From: Thermoanaerobaculia bacterium
GTDB lineage: Bacteria; Acidobacteriota; Thermoanaerobaculia; UBA5066
Direction: 5' to 3'
DNA: 64,000 bases
NCBI GenBank assembly: GCA_963816185.1
Contig: CAWFJJ010000008.1
Location: forward strand, 224,001-288,000
The translations under genes and the position numbers were made by a program. Each line of letters starts with the position of its first letter. The first letter of the stretch is position 1. This document shows, in pieces, positions 9,085 to 19,225 of this stretch. The notes under the pieces are model-generated. The model saw only the letters and a list, made by a program, of their open reading frames with translations. It searched no databases and was not told where the DNA came from.

Positions 9085-11349
9085 GTGCCCGTCCGTCGCG
9101 CCGCGAAAAGATCCTCCGGCAGGAGCGGCAGGTGGTCGCGGACGATTCCCGTCGCGTGCTCGATCGCGGCCGCGATCGCGGGCGCGCCGCCGTCCATGGG
9201 CAGCTCGCCGATCCCCTTGGCGCCCCCGCCCGGGCCCTTCGAGTAGGGATCCTCCACGAGGATCGTCGTGAACCTCGGCGCGTCGAGACTCGTGGGGACG
9301 ATGTAATTCGCCATGCGGGCGTTCAGGATCCTGCCGTCCTTCACGACGAGCCTCTCGTTCAGCGCCCAGCCGATCGCCTGCAGCGTCCCGCCTTCGATCT
9401 GCCCCTTGCACTGCAGCGGGTGAATGGCTTTTCCCACGTCATCGACGGCCCAGAAACCGAGCACCGTCGTCTCGAACGTGTCGAGGTCCACCTCGACCTC
9501 GGCGATGTCGCAGCCCCAGGCGAAAACGGGATACGCGTCTCCGCGGTACGTCTCGTCGTCCCAGACGAGGTCCTTCGGCGTCTCGTACGTCTTTTCGGAG
9601 ACGACCGGCTCCTTCCCGGCGAGGAGGCGGAGCGCCGCGTCGTCGAACGAGCCTCCGCGCTTCTGGCGCTCGTGCTCGATGCGCGCGAAGAGCTCGCGCG
9701 CGGCGCGTTCGACGAGCGAACCGACGATCATCACGGTGCGCGATGCGACGGTCGGGCCCGAGTCGGGGACGACGGAAGTGGACGGCGTGGCGAACTCCAC
9801 GCGATCCATCGAGACCCAGAGCGCCTCGGCCGCGATCTGCCGGAAAACCGTCTCGGTGCCCTGGCCGATGTCCGTCGACGCCGTGCGGATCCTGAAAAGA
9901 GGCTTCTTCCCCGAGGGGCCCCGGAGCATGTCCATCGCCACCCGGCCCTTCAGCCTGCGTTCGCCCGAGCCCGTGAAGCCCGCTCCGTGCAGGAAGACGC
10001 TCGCGCCGATGCCGCGAGCCTTGCGGGGGGCGGACGCGCCGGGCGCGGTCCGGCGAAGCAGCGCGGAGCCCGGCCGCGCGGGCGCGCCGGCGCCGAGCGC
10101 CGCTCGCTTCTTGTCCCATCCGCTCGCTTTTCTCGCCTCCTCGACGCAGCGCTGCACGCCGACCGACTCCTTCAGGAACTGGCCGGTCGGCGTGGTGTCG
10201 CCGACCCGGAGGAGGTTTCTCTCGCGCAGCTCGAGCGGGTCGGCGGACAGCTCGCGCGCGATCCGATCCATGTGCCGCTCGATGGCCCAGATCGTCTGCG
10301 GCGCTCCGAAGCCCCGAAAGGCGCCGTTCGGAGGCGTGTTCGTCGCGACCGCGACCGCCTCGATCACGACGTGCTCCCAGCGGTAGGCGCCGGCCGCGTG
10401 CAGGGCGGCGCGCGAGAGGACGACGGGAGTCAGCGTGACGTACGCGCCGCCGTCCATGAGGATCTTGATCGAGACGGCGGACAGGTTCCCCTCGCGGTCG
10501 CAGCCGGACTCGATCGTCACCTCGCAGGGATGGCGCTTCGTCGTCGCCTCGACGTCTTCCTGCCGGTTGTAGATCATCTTCACGGGCCGGCCGCTCTTTT
10601 TCGCGAGGAGGAGGGCGTGAAGGGCGAGGAGCGTGGGGTACTCCTCCTTCCCGCCGAATCCGCCGCCCGTCACGGCCTGCGTCGACGTCCACGTGCGCGT
10701 CGTCGAGGCTGAACGTGCGCTTGACGCCTTTGTGGACGTAGAACGGACACTGCAGCGAGCCCACGAGGTGAGCCCCGCGCGCGTCCCAGAACGCGAGCAT
10801 GCCCTGAGGCTCGATGTAGAGCTGCTCCTGATGGTGCGTGCTGTACCGCCCGGTCAGGCGGACCGGGCTCGAAGAGATCGCCTGCGCGGCATCGCCTTTC
10901 GAGATCCGGTAAGTCGCGAAGACGTTGTCCGGTCCGTGAATCTGGGCCTTTCGCGCGAGCGCGTCGGCGACCGTGAGGACGGGCGGCAAGGGCTCGATCT
11001 CGGGCGTGAGCGCGCGCAGGGCCCGGGCGAGGCGAACGGGGTCCTCGGCCGCCACGAGAGCGATCGGCTCGTACGCGTGGCGCACCTCGTCCGAGGCGAG
11101 GACGGGCTGGTCTTCCTCGATGAGCGCGACGACGTTCACCGGCACGTCCTCGGCGGTCACGACCGTCACGCCTCCCCAGTCGAACGCGGGATCTCTTCGA
11201 ATGCCTCTGAGACGCCCGCGCGCCACGGGGCTGCGGAGGGTCACGCCGTAAAGGACGCCCGGCCTCGTCAGATCGTCGACGTACCGGGCCGTCCCGACGA
11301 CCTTGGCCGGTCCATCGACGCGCGGCACGCTGCGGCCGACGAGAGCCAT
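9081..11349 (-). CDS. Xanthine dehydrogenase family molybdopterin-binding subunit (+1 frameshift near 10683)
   Basis: N-half VGRSVPRVDG..KV.G.A.Y joins C-half GGGFGGK, AFRGFG, GQIEGG, AKGIGE if one base is removed (HVDV-TQAVTGGG). Confidence 0.88.
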
Positions 11350-11352
11350 CCT

Positions 11353-12258
11353 TCAGACTCCCGCAACATCCTGAAGAGCGGCGTCGACCAGGGGGAAGCG
11401 AAACGGAAAGCCGAGCGCCTCGGCTTTCTTCGGAACGATGCGCTGGCCGTCGAGCACGACGGTCGACATCTCGCCGAGCAGGAGGCGGACCGCGGCCGCG
11501 GGCATGCGCAGGAAGCTCGGCCGGTGCAAAGCGTGCCCGAGGGCCTTGGCGAATTCCCTCATCGTGACGGGATTCGGCGCGGTGCCGTTGACCGGGCCCT
11601 TTGCCTCCGGATTTTCGAGCGCGAAAACGTAGAGGGCCGCGAGGTCATCCAGATGGATCCAGGACAGAAACTGGCCGCCCCCGCCGATCGGGCCGCCGAG
11701 AAAGGCCTTGAACGGCGGGAGCATCTTCGCGAGCGCCCCGCCGCCTTGGCCGAGCACGACTCCGGTCCGGATCAGGACCACGCGCACCCCGAGCGGCTCG
11801 GCCTTTCGTGCGGCCTCCTCCCACGCGATGCACGTCGTCGCGAGAAAGTCGCTTCCGGGTGAAGAATCTTCGGAGGCGGCCTCCTCTCCTCGCGGACCGT
11901 AGATGCCGACCGCCGAGGCGTTGACGAGGACGGACGGCTTCAGGATCGCCTTCTCGATCGCCGCGAGGAGCCTCTCGGTCGCCGCGAGACGGCTCGACAG
12001 GATTCTCTCCTTCGCGGCCCGGGTCCAGCGCTGCGCGATGCTTTCGCCCGCGAGGTTCACGATTCCGCCCGCGCCGTCGATCCACGACTCCCAGTCCGCG
12101 CCCGGCGCCCATGACACGACGTGGACCTTCGGGTGAATGTGGTCTCGCGAGCGCGAGGCGTCGCGCGTAAGGAGGACGACGTCATGGCCTTTCGCGAGAA
12201 GGCTCTCCCAGAGCTTCGAACCGATGAACCCGGTCCCACCCGCCACGACGACGCGCAT
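11353..12258 (-). CDS. TIGR01777/YfcH-family NAD-dependent epimerase
   Basis: GGTGFIG, NLAGESI, SASAVG-like motif, GGQFLSWIHLDD, GP.NGTAPNP. Confidence 0.92.
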   Translation of the reverse strand: MRVVVAGGTGFIGSKLWESLLAKGHDVVLLTRDASRSRDHIHPKVHVVSWAPGADWESWIDGAGGIVNLAGESIAQRWTRAAKERILSSRLAATERLLAAIEKAILKPSVLVNASAVGIYGPRGEEAASEDSSPGSDFLATTCIAWEEAARKAEPLGVRVVLIRTGVVLGQGGGALAKMLPPFKAFLGGPIGGGGQFLSWIHLDDLAALYVFALENPEAKGPVNGTAPNPVTMREFAKALGHALHRPSFLRMPAAAVRLLLGEMSTVVLDGQRIVPKKAEALGFPFRFPLVDAALQDVAGV

Positions 12259-12317
12259 CCGCTCTCCTTAGTCCTTGCATCGTACCGAAATCCCGGCGCC
12301 GTATAGTCTGCAAGGTC

Positions 12318-13217
12318 ATGAAGGCTCGTTTGCCGGCATGCGCCGCCCTCGCGATCTCGCTCCTTCCCGGCGGGATCCGCGCGGAGATCGTGGCGCCGGC
12401 CGACGAAATAGACGCGCGCGACCTCGTCCGCCGGGTCGTGAGAAGCCAGCGCCGGGAGGAGGCCGCATGGAGCGGCACCACGTTCGACCAACGCGAGGTG
12501 AAGATCGAGTGGGGCCCGGACGGCCGGCCCAGGGAGATCGCGTCGCGTCTCTTCTACGTTCTGTCCGGGAACGGCGATACGGAAGGCTCGCGCGAGCTCG
12601 TCGAGGTCGACGGCCGCCCCGCGACCGAGGCCGAGAAGCGCAAGGCGGCCGATGAGGACGAGAAGAGCCGGAAGAAACGCGTCGAGGAGAAAGCCGCCGC
12701 AGAAGCCCGCCGAGCCGACAGGGTCTCCGGCGACGAGGACGACCCGCTCGTCGGACGCAAGCGGCTGTCGGAGCTCATCCGCCGGTTCCAAATCCGCGTC
12801 GTGGGCGAGGAAATCGTGGAGGGCCGCCCGGCGTACGTTCTCGACTTCTCGCCCGACCCGGCTGCGCCCGCGCCGAAGAGCCTCGGAGACCGCGCGCTCA
12901 ATTCGCTCGCGGGCCGCGCCCTCATCGACGCCGTGGACTTTCAGGTTCGTTCCGTCGTCGCCCATCTCACGAAGCCCGTGAAGGTGGCGGGAGGCCTCGC
13001 CGCGAACGTGAAGACGGCGGAGATCTCCTACACGGGCCAGCCGCTCGCGGGGGACCTGTGGTTTCCGTGCGTGGTCGAGCTCCGGCTGACGGGAAGGAAG
13101 GCTCTTTTCTTCCGCCTCGATACCTCGTTCCGATTCGAGTTCGCAAATCTCAAACGGTTCCGGGTGGACACGGAAAGTGACGTCCGCCCCCCCGGGAACC
13201 CGGGGAGCGCTCCATGA
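12318..13217 (+). CDS. Exported hypothetical protein
   Basis: Signal peptide, GC-typical codon usage, -10-like TATAGT upstream. Confidence 0.7.
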   Translation: MKARLPACAALAISLLPGGIRAEIVAPADEIDARDLVRRVVRSQRREEAAWSGTTFDQREVKIEWGPDGRPREIASRLFYVLSGNGDTEGSRELVEVDGRPATEAEKRKAADEDEKSRKKRVEEKAAAEARRADRVSGDEDDPLVGRKRLSELIRRFQIRVVGEEIVEGRPAYVLDFSPDPAAPAPKSLGDRALNSLAGRALIDAVDFQVRSVVAHLTKPVKVAGGLAANVKTAEISYTGQPLAGDLWFPCVVELRLTGRKALFFRLDTSFRFEFANLKRFRVDTESDVRPPGNPGSAP

Positions 13218-13787
13218 CACCGTCCCGCCGCCGCGTCTTTCTGGTCGCCGCTCTCGCCCTCCTGGCCGGCGGGTTCGCGTACGCCTACTGGCTCTCTCTC
13301 GTGCCGGCGACGCATCCCGATCACGACCACGGGATCCTGAACCTCGACGCGGGAGGCCGCCTGAACGTGATCACGCGGGAAGGGAAGAAGCGCAACCTCG
13401 TCGGGAGGCCGGGAAAGGCGCTCGTCGTCCACTTCTTCTCGAGCTCGGCTCCAGGGGCTGCCGAGGAGCTGGGGGGCATCTTCCGGATGCAGGAAGACGC
13501 TGAAGGCCGATCCTGCCGTGGAATTCGTCCTCATCGCGCACGACCCAGACTTCGCGACGCTGGACGCCTGGCTGAAGCAGAAGGGGCTCGTCGCGCCCGC
13601 GCCGGCGACGCTGGTCCTCGACCCGTCGGGCGACACGACGCAGAAGCTGAACTGCAAGCGGCCCCTCGAGACGATGTTCTTCAACGCCGCCGGCAAGCTC
13701 TCCTCGCAGGCGCGCGGAGCGCTCGAGTGGCCGGATGGTGCCATCGACTATCTCTCCCGCGCCCGGGGCGGGGAGACGATCGAGTAG
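13214..13787 (+). CDS. Membrane-anchored TlpA/redoxin-fold protein lacking CxxC (+1 frameshift near 13492)
   Basis: GKALVVHFFSSSAPGAAEEL then, after removing one G, KTLKADPAVEFVLIAHD...LVLDPSG...PLETMFFNAAGKL...GALEW. Confidence 0.7.
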
Positions 13788-13812
13788 CTGGCGCGCCGCT
13801 CTCTCCAGACTC

Positions 13813-14301
13813 CTACTTCGTCGCGGGGGCGGCGGCTGCAGTCGCCGGCGGGTCGCTCGCCGCGTGGTCGGAGACGTATTTCCAGACCCCGTCCTTCTCG
13901 GCGGCGACTGCAAGGAACGTCCCGGTCTCCGTCTTCGATGCTCCGCCCGCCTTCGGAACCGTCGTCATCCGCCAGTGTCCCCACCCCGCCGAGAGATGTC
14001 CGGCCGTCCTGTAGTGGGTGTCCGTCAGCGCTACCTCCGTGACCTTGACGTCCTTGAGGAAGCCTTCGTACGCCTCTGTAATCGCCGTCTTGCCCTTGAT
14101 CGCCGGCGATCCGGGCAGAACGAGAACGGCGTCGTCCGCGTAGAGGGCCGCGGCGGCCCCCGCGTCGCCGGCGAGCATCGACTTCGTCCAGACGGCGTCG
14201 ACACCCTTCATTCCAGGCGGCACCGTGGCGTCGGCGGCGGCGAGCGGACCGGCCGCGAGGGCGAAGCATGCGAGCACACACGCCAGCAGGGCTTTCTTCA
14301 T
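13813..14301 (-). CDS. Exported DUF4440/SnoaL-like (NTF2-fold) protein
   Basis: Signal peptide; GDA...AALYADDAVL..PGSP.I.G, GVWKYVSDHA. Confidence 0.85.
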   Translation of the reverse strand: MKKALLACVLACFALAAGPLAAADATVPPGMKGVDAVWTKSMLAGDAGAAAALYADDAVLVLPGSPAIKGKTAITEAYEGFLKDVKVTEVALTDTHYRTAGHLSAGWGHWRMTTVPKAGGASKTETGTFLAVAAEKDGVWKYVSDHAASDPPATAAAAPATK

Positions 14302-14348
14302 GGAATCTCCTCCCTTTCCGGTTAGTACGGAGATTCTATCTCAGCGGA

Positions 14349-15233
14349 TCACCGGTGCGATTCGCCGAGCGTGATCAGGACGACCGCTCCGACGATCACG
14401 GCAGCCGCGACGAGCATCCGCAGCGTCACCGCTTCGTCGGCCAGCGCCCAGCCGAGAAAGACCGCGACGACCGGGTTCACGAAGGCGTACGTCGAGACGC
14501 GCGAGGGGTCTGCCACGCGGAGAAGCCAGACGTAGATCGTGTATCCCACGAGCGAGCCGAACACCATGAGGTAGAGGAGCGCCACGAGAGAGCGCGCCGA
14601 AATGTGAGCGGGCGAGAAACGAGCCCACTCGCCGGTCGCGGCGGACGCCGCGAGCAGGAGGGCTCCGCCCGCGAGCATCTGGAGCGCCGTCGCCTGGAGC
14701 GGCGACTCGGTGGGCGCAAAGCGCCGCGAGAGAATGGACCCGAAGGCCCACGCGAGCGCGGCGAAAAGCACCGCCGCCGCTCCGAGGAGGTCGATGCGCT
14801 CGCCCCCCAGGCCTGCGGGGCCGAGGAGAAGCGCAACACCCGAGAGCCCGAGGACGAATCCGAAGAGGGCGCGATTGCCCGGCGCATGCCGCTCGGGCGG
14901 CAGCGCGCGCAGGAGGACGATGAAGAGGGGCTCGGTCGCGATGAGAAGGGCCGCGAGGCCGGAGGAGATCCGCTGCTCGGACCAGACGACTCCGCCGTTT
15001 CCGCAGAGGAGGAGCAGGGCGCCGCACGTGAAGGCGGGAACGAGATCGCGGCCCGCGACGGGAGGCGCTCCACGCGCCTTCGCGGCGGCGAGGAGGATCG
15101 CGCCCGCGCACGCGTACCGAAGGCCCGACATCACGAAAGGCGGAATCGATTCCAGGCCGAAGCGGATCGCGAGATACGTCGAGCCCCAGACGACGTAGAG
15201 GACGAGGAGACCGAGGACGGCGCCGCGCTTCAC
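14349..15233 (-). CDS. EamA/DMT transporter (YedA-like)
   Basis: YVVWGSTYLAIR, STYAFVNPVVAVFLG; about 10 hydrophobic segments. Confidence 0.92.
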   Translation of the reverse strand: MKRGAVLGLLVLYVVWGSTYLAIRFGLESIPPFVMSGLRYACAGAILLAAAKARGAPPVAGRDLVPAFTCGALLLLCGNGGVVWSEQRISSGLAALLIATEPLFIVLLRALPPERHAPGNRALFGFVLGLSGVALLLGPAGLGGERIDLLGAAAVLFAALAWAFGSILSRRFAPTESPLQATALQMLAGGALLLAASAATGEWARFSPAHISARSLVALLYLMVFGSLVGYTIYVWLLRVADPSRVSTYAFVNPVVAVFLGWALADEAVTLRMLVAAAVIVGAVVLITLGESHR

Positions 15234-17125
15234 GGCGCGATCATCGCCTCCCAGACGGCGCGCGACATCTTCCGCGCGGCGTCGATGACCTTCCGCCGCC
15301 CTTCCTCGTTCGCGCCGAAGTCGTTCGCGAGGAGGACGAGGACGTACTCCCGCCCGTCAGGCAGGCGGACGACCGCCGCGTCGTGCTGCGAGGTGGACAT
15401 ATTTCCCGTCTTGTGGCCCACGATCGCGCCCGACTGCGGATGGAGACCGGCGGGGATCTCCTCGTTGAACGTCTGGCCGGTGAGAATCTCCCATGCCTTC
15501 GCTCTCGAGGCGACCGAGAGCTTCGGCGACCGCACCGCCGCTTCCATTACCGTCGCCATGCCCGCCGCGTCCGTCTCGTTGTTCAGCCCCTCGTCGAACG
15601 CCTTCATGTCCTCGACGCACCGCCGCACCTTCACGGTGGGCGCGCCGAGCGCGTCCGTGAAGGCCTGGACGTTCTCTGGCCCGACGAGCGAGAGGACGAC
15701 GTTCGTCGCGAGATTGGAGGAGCGGACGATCATCTCCGTCACGAGGAATTCGAGCGTCGCCTTCCCGCCGAGCTTCTTCATCGTCGGCGCGTCGCCGTCC
15801 TCGAGGCCGATCGAGAACGGCGAGCCGTCGACGAGACTCTTGAACTCGTTCTTCACCGGCACCTCGTCCGAGAGTCGGAGCGTGCCTGCGTCGACGCGGC
15901 GGAGGACCTCAAGGAGGACGGGGGTCTTCATCGTGGAGGCAGCGTGCATAGGAAGAGAAGGATTCTTCGAAAGGGAAACGCCGCTAGAAAGGTCCTTGAA
16001 GTAGATGCCGAAGCGGGCCCCGCTGGCGTCGGCGATTTTGTCGAGCGTCGTCCTCAGGGTTCGCACCTTCGCCTCCGTGAGCCCCGTCCCCGCTTCCCCT
16101 TTCGAGGAAATCTTCTCTTCTCTCTTCAATCTCCGGGCATATCGAAAGAGAGGCTTCAGGAATGGGCTGTCGAACGGCGTGATCTGCGCGCCGGGCACAC
16201 CGTGACGCGTGGACTGCAGGACCGTGCCGTCGCCGAGCCACATCGCCTCGTGGTCGATCTTGTCCGGCGTGCCGAAGAAGAGGAGGTCGCCGGGCTGGAG
16301 CTTCTCGAACGCGACGGGGACGAGCTGCGGATCCTGGAACGCCTGCTCGTAACTGTTGCGCTTCAGGGTGACGCCGTGCTCCGAGAAGATCCGCCAGATG
16401 AGCCCCGAGCAGTCGAACCCGAGAGGCGAGGTCCCGCCCCAGGTGTACGGTGCGCCGAGGAAGCGCTTGCCGAACGCGATCCAGTCGGAAGGGGATTTGA
16501 GAGGAAGAGGGGAAGAAAGAGAAAGAGGGAGATTTTCTTTGAGGGTGAAGAGGGTCACGTCGCGGCGCGCGACGAAGCCGATGCGCCGATCCGGGAGGCG
16601 CACCTTCACCCAGGAGTAGACGTCCGCCGCATGGCCCGCCGCGGCCGGCTTGCCCTCTTCACCTTCTAAGAAATCTTCAACTGCGAACGTCACCCCCACC
16701 GGAGCGGTGAGGAGGGGACGGGCGGAGGTGAAGGACGGCGTCGCGTAGACATGCGCGAAGTTTGACGTCACGTGCGCGAGCTTCGATCCCGGCGCCGGCT
16801 GCGCCGGCGCCTCACCGCGGCGCAGCGCCCGCTCGGGGATCCACACGTCCTCGCCGGCGGCCGTCCGCACCCTCGCGAAGCCCGCGGCGCTTTCGAGGAC
16901 CGCGACGCGGTCGCCGAGGATCGCCTGGTCGTCGACGCTCGACGTCTCGTCCGGACGGACGAAGAGGTCCTGCACGGCTGTGACGACGACGGCCGTCTGC
17001 GGCGGCGCCGACGACGCACCGGGAGACGCGGAAAGGGAGATTTCTTCGATTGAGAGGAGAAGAACGGCCACAGTGAGTGCGCGAGCGGCGGTGAATCGGC
17101 GGGCGGGATTTCCTTCGAGGCACAT
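15230..17125 (-). CDS. SH3 + NlpC/P60 peptidase fused to class A beta-lactamase-fold serine hydrolase (start uncertain)
   Basis: GAPYTWGG....FDCSG, DH; then AASTMK (SxxK), SSN, HKTG. Confidence 0.85.
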   Translation of the reverse strand: MCLEGNPARRFTAARALTVAVLLLSIEEISLSASPGASSAPPQTAVVVTAVQDLFVRPDETSSVDDQAILGDRVAVLESAAGFARVRTAAGEDVWIPERALRRGEAPAQPAPGSKLAHVTSNFAHVYATPSFTSARPLLTAPVGVTFAVEDFLEGEEGKPAAAGHAADVYSWVKVRLPDRRIGFVARRDVTLFTLKENLPLSLSSPLPLKSPSDWIAFGKRFLGAPYTWGGTSPLGFDCSGLIWRIFSEHGVTLKRNSYEQAFQDPQLVPVAFEKLQPGDLLFFGTPDKIDHEAMWLGDGTVLQSTRHGVPGAQITPFDSPFLKPLFRYARRLKREEKISSKGEAGTGLTEAKVRTLRTTLDKIADASGARFGIYFKDLSSGVSLSKNPSLPMHAASTMKTPVLLEVLRRVDAGTLRLSDEVPVKNEFKSLVDGSPFSIGLEDGDAPTMKKLGGKATLEFLVTEMIVRSSNLATNVVLSLVGPENVQAFTDALGAPTVKVRRCVEDMKAFDEGLNNETDAAGMATVMEAAVRSPKLSVASRAKAWEILTGQTFNEEIPAGLHPQSGAIVGHKTGNMSTSQHDAAVVRLPDGREYVLVLLANDFGANEEGRRKVIDAARKMSRAVWEAMIAP

Positions 17126-17150
17126 TCCCGGATTCCACCATAATCCGGCC

Positions 17151-18302
17151 ATGACACAGTCCACTTCTCCCGCCCTCTCTCGCCGCGGACTCATTCTCTC
17201 CTCGGCGGCCGCCGCCGCGGCCGCCGCCCTGCCGCGTGCCGTCACCGCCGACGGCATGCCGAAGCCGTCCGGTCCTTCCCCTTCGACGCTCTCGTACCGA
17301 CCCCTCGTTCTGAAGCTCGAGCACACGTGGACGATCGCGCGTGGCTCCGCCGACGAGAAGAAGAACGGCCTCCTGACCTTCGCGTCCGAAGGCGTGACCG
17401 GCTACGGCGAGGCGGCCGCGAACAAGCGCTGGAACCAGAGCTGGGAGACGTCCGAGGCCGCCTTCGCGAGGGTCGAGAAGGCCGTCGCCGGCCTCTCGCC
17501 GTGGGACCACCTCACGTGCCTCGAGAAGGCCGAGGCCGCGGCCGGGAACGACCACGAGGTCGTCGCCGCGCTCGACATGGCCCTCTGGGACTGGAAGGGC
17601 AAGCGGCTCGGCCGGCCCGTCCACGAGATCCTCGGCGTGCCCGCGCGCGGCATGCCGGTCACGACGTTCTCGATCGGGATCGACACGGCCGAGGTCATCA
17701 AGCAGAAGGTGAAAGAGGCCGCCGCGTTCCCGAAACTCAAGGTCAAGATCGGCCTCGCGAACGACGAGGAGAACATCGCAGCGATCCGCTCGGTTTCGAA
17801 CCAGCCGATCACGGTGGACGCGAACGAGGGCTGGACGACCGTCGAGGAAGCGAAGAAGAAGATCCTCTGGCTGAACGGCGTCAAGCCGATCTTTCTCGAG
17901 CAGCCGATGCCGGCGGCGATGGACGGCGAGATGGCGAAGCTCAAGGGCCTCGCGACGTTCCCGATCCTCGGAGACGAGGGCGTCCTCACGGCGGCGGACG
18001 TCGCGAAGAAGGCCGGGCTCTATGACGGCGTCGTCGTGAAGCTCGCAAAGGCGGGCGGAATCACGCGTTCGTGGGAGCAGGTCGTCGTCGCGCGCGCCGT
18101 CGGCCTGAAGACGATGTGCGGCTGCATGATCGAGTCCTCGATCGGGATCGCGGCCGGGCTCGCGCTCGGGCCGCTCTTCGACTGGCTGGACCTCGACGGG
18201 TGCCTCCTCCTCGCGAAGGATCCGTTCACGGGGCTGAAGATCGAGAAGGGCGTCTGGGAGATGCCGAAGGGCCCGGGGCTGGGCGTCGCGATGGTGGCCT
18301 AG
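17151..18302 (+). CDS. L-Ala-D/L-Glu dipeptide epimerase (enolase superfamily) with Tat signal
   Basis: SRRGLIL Tat motif; KVKIG, VDANEGW, EQP, GDE, KLAK.GG, GCMIES, DLDG. Confidence 0.9.
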   Translation: MTQSTSPALSRRGLILSSAAAAAAAALPRAVTADGMPKPSGPSPSTLSYRPLVLKLEHTWTIARGSADEKKNGLLTFASEGVTGYGEAAANKRWNQSWETSEAAFARVEKAVAGLSPWDHLTCLEKAEAAAGNDHEVVAALDMALWDWKGKRLGRPVHEILGVPARGMPVTTFSIGIDTAEVIKQKVKEAAAFPKLKVKIGLANDEENIAAIRSVSNQPITVDANEGWTTVEEAKKKILWLNGVKPIFLEQPMPAAMDGEMAKLKGLATFPILGDEGVLTAADVAKKAGLYDGVVVKLAKAGGITRSWEQVVVARAVGLKTMCGCMIESSIGIAAGLALGPLFDWLDLDGCLLLAKDPFTGLKIEKGVWEMPKGPGLGVAMVA

Positions 18303-18311
18303 TCGCCGCGC

Positions 18312-19187
18312 TCAGTTCCTCGGCGCGAGAAAGAGCCTCGGCCGCTCGCCCGAGCGCGTGAGGCCGCGCGCGCGCAGGAGGCGGTGATCCGCGCGCGCGA
18401 TCGTCTTCTCGAGCGTCTCGCCGTCCTCTCGCGCGGCCCACCCGAGCGAGAAGGGTACGAGAAGCTCCCGTTCGGCCAGGAACACGAGGCGCTCGCTCGT
18501 GTTCTCGGTGGCGGCGGCATCCGCCCCGTCGAGAAGGAGCAGGAATTCGTCGCCGCCCATCCGAACGGTCGATTCCTCGGCGCGCGTCGTGCGCATCAGG
18601 AAGCGTGCGACTCGGTTCAGGACGGCGTCGCCTGCCTCGTGCCCGAACTCGTCGTTGTAGTGCTTGAAATGGTCGATGTCGACCATGATGCAGCCCCACG
18701 GGGCGCCCGAGTCGGTGTGGCGCCCGGCGAACTCGGTGAGATAGCGCCGGTTCCAGCAGCCCGTGAGCGGGTCGCGAAGGCTCTGGTCGAGAAGACGTTC
18801 TTCGAGGCGCTTGCGATCCGTGATGTCGATCAGGATGCCCTGGTAGTAGACCTCTCCCGTCTCCTGGTCGACGCAGCGGTAGACCGTGTCGATGACGGTC
18901 CGGATCTCGCCGTCCCTTCGCCGGATCTTGAGCTCGAAATCGCGAACGGCGCCGTCGCGCTCGAGAACGAGGAGCTCGGCCCCGCGGCGGGAAACGTCCA
19001 CGATGAAATCGATGACGGTCATCTCTCGAGCCTCCTCGAGCGACGCGACCCCGAGCATCGCGAGGAAGGCCGGGTTTCCGTCCACGATCCGGCCGGCTTC
19101 GTCCGTGACGTAGATCCCTTCGCGGAGATCGCGCACGAAGCGTCGCAACGCCTCGGCGTCGTCGAGACGGGAGAACCGGCTTGGCAT
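18312..19187 (-). CDS. PAS-GGDEF diguanylate cyclase
   Basis: PAS (GIYVTD..GRI...N.AF), DPLTG..NRR, DIDHFK..ND..GH..GD, RMGGDEF. Confidence 0.93.
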   Translation of the reverse strand: MPSRFSRLDDAEALRRFVRDLREGIYVTDEAGRIVDGNPAFLAMLGVASLEEAREMTVIDFIVDVSRRGAELLVLERDGAVRDFELKIRRRDGEIRTVIDTVYRCVDQETGEVYYQGILIDITDRKRLEERLLDQSLRDPLTGCWNRRYLTEFAGRHTDSGAPWGCIMVDIDHFKHYNDEFGHEAGDAVLNRVARFLMRTTRAEESTVRMGGDEFLLLLDGADAAATENTSERLVFLAERELLVPFSLGWAAREDGETLEKTIARADHRLLRARGLTRSGERPRLFLAPRN

Positions 19188-19225
19188 GGTCAAACGATCC
19201 TATAACGGACGGTCGCCAGGCGTCG

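Noticed and set aside
10675-10690. Programmed ribosomal frameshift in the XDH large subunit
   Set aside because: No slippery heptamer, and the same +1 pattern occurs in four unrelated genes, so error is more likely
7722-11349. Aerobic CO dehydrogenase (coxLMS)
   Set aside because: Active-site loop reads AFRGFG, not form I AYxCSFR; substrate unassigned
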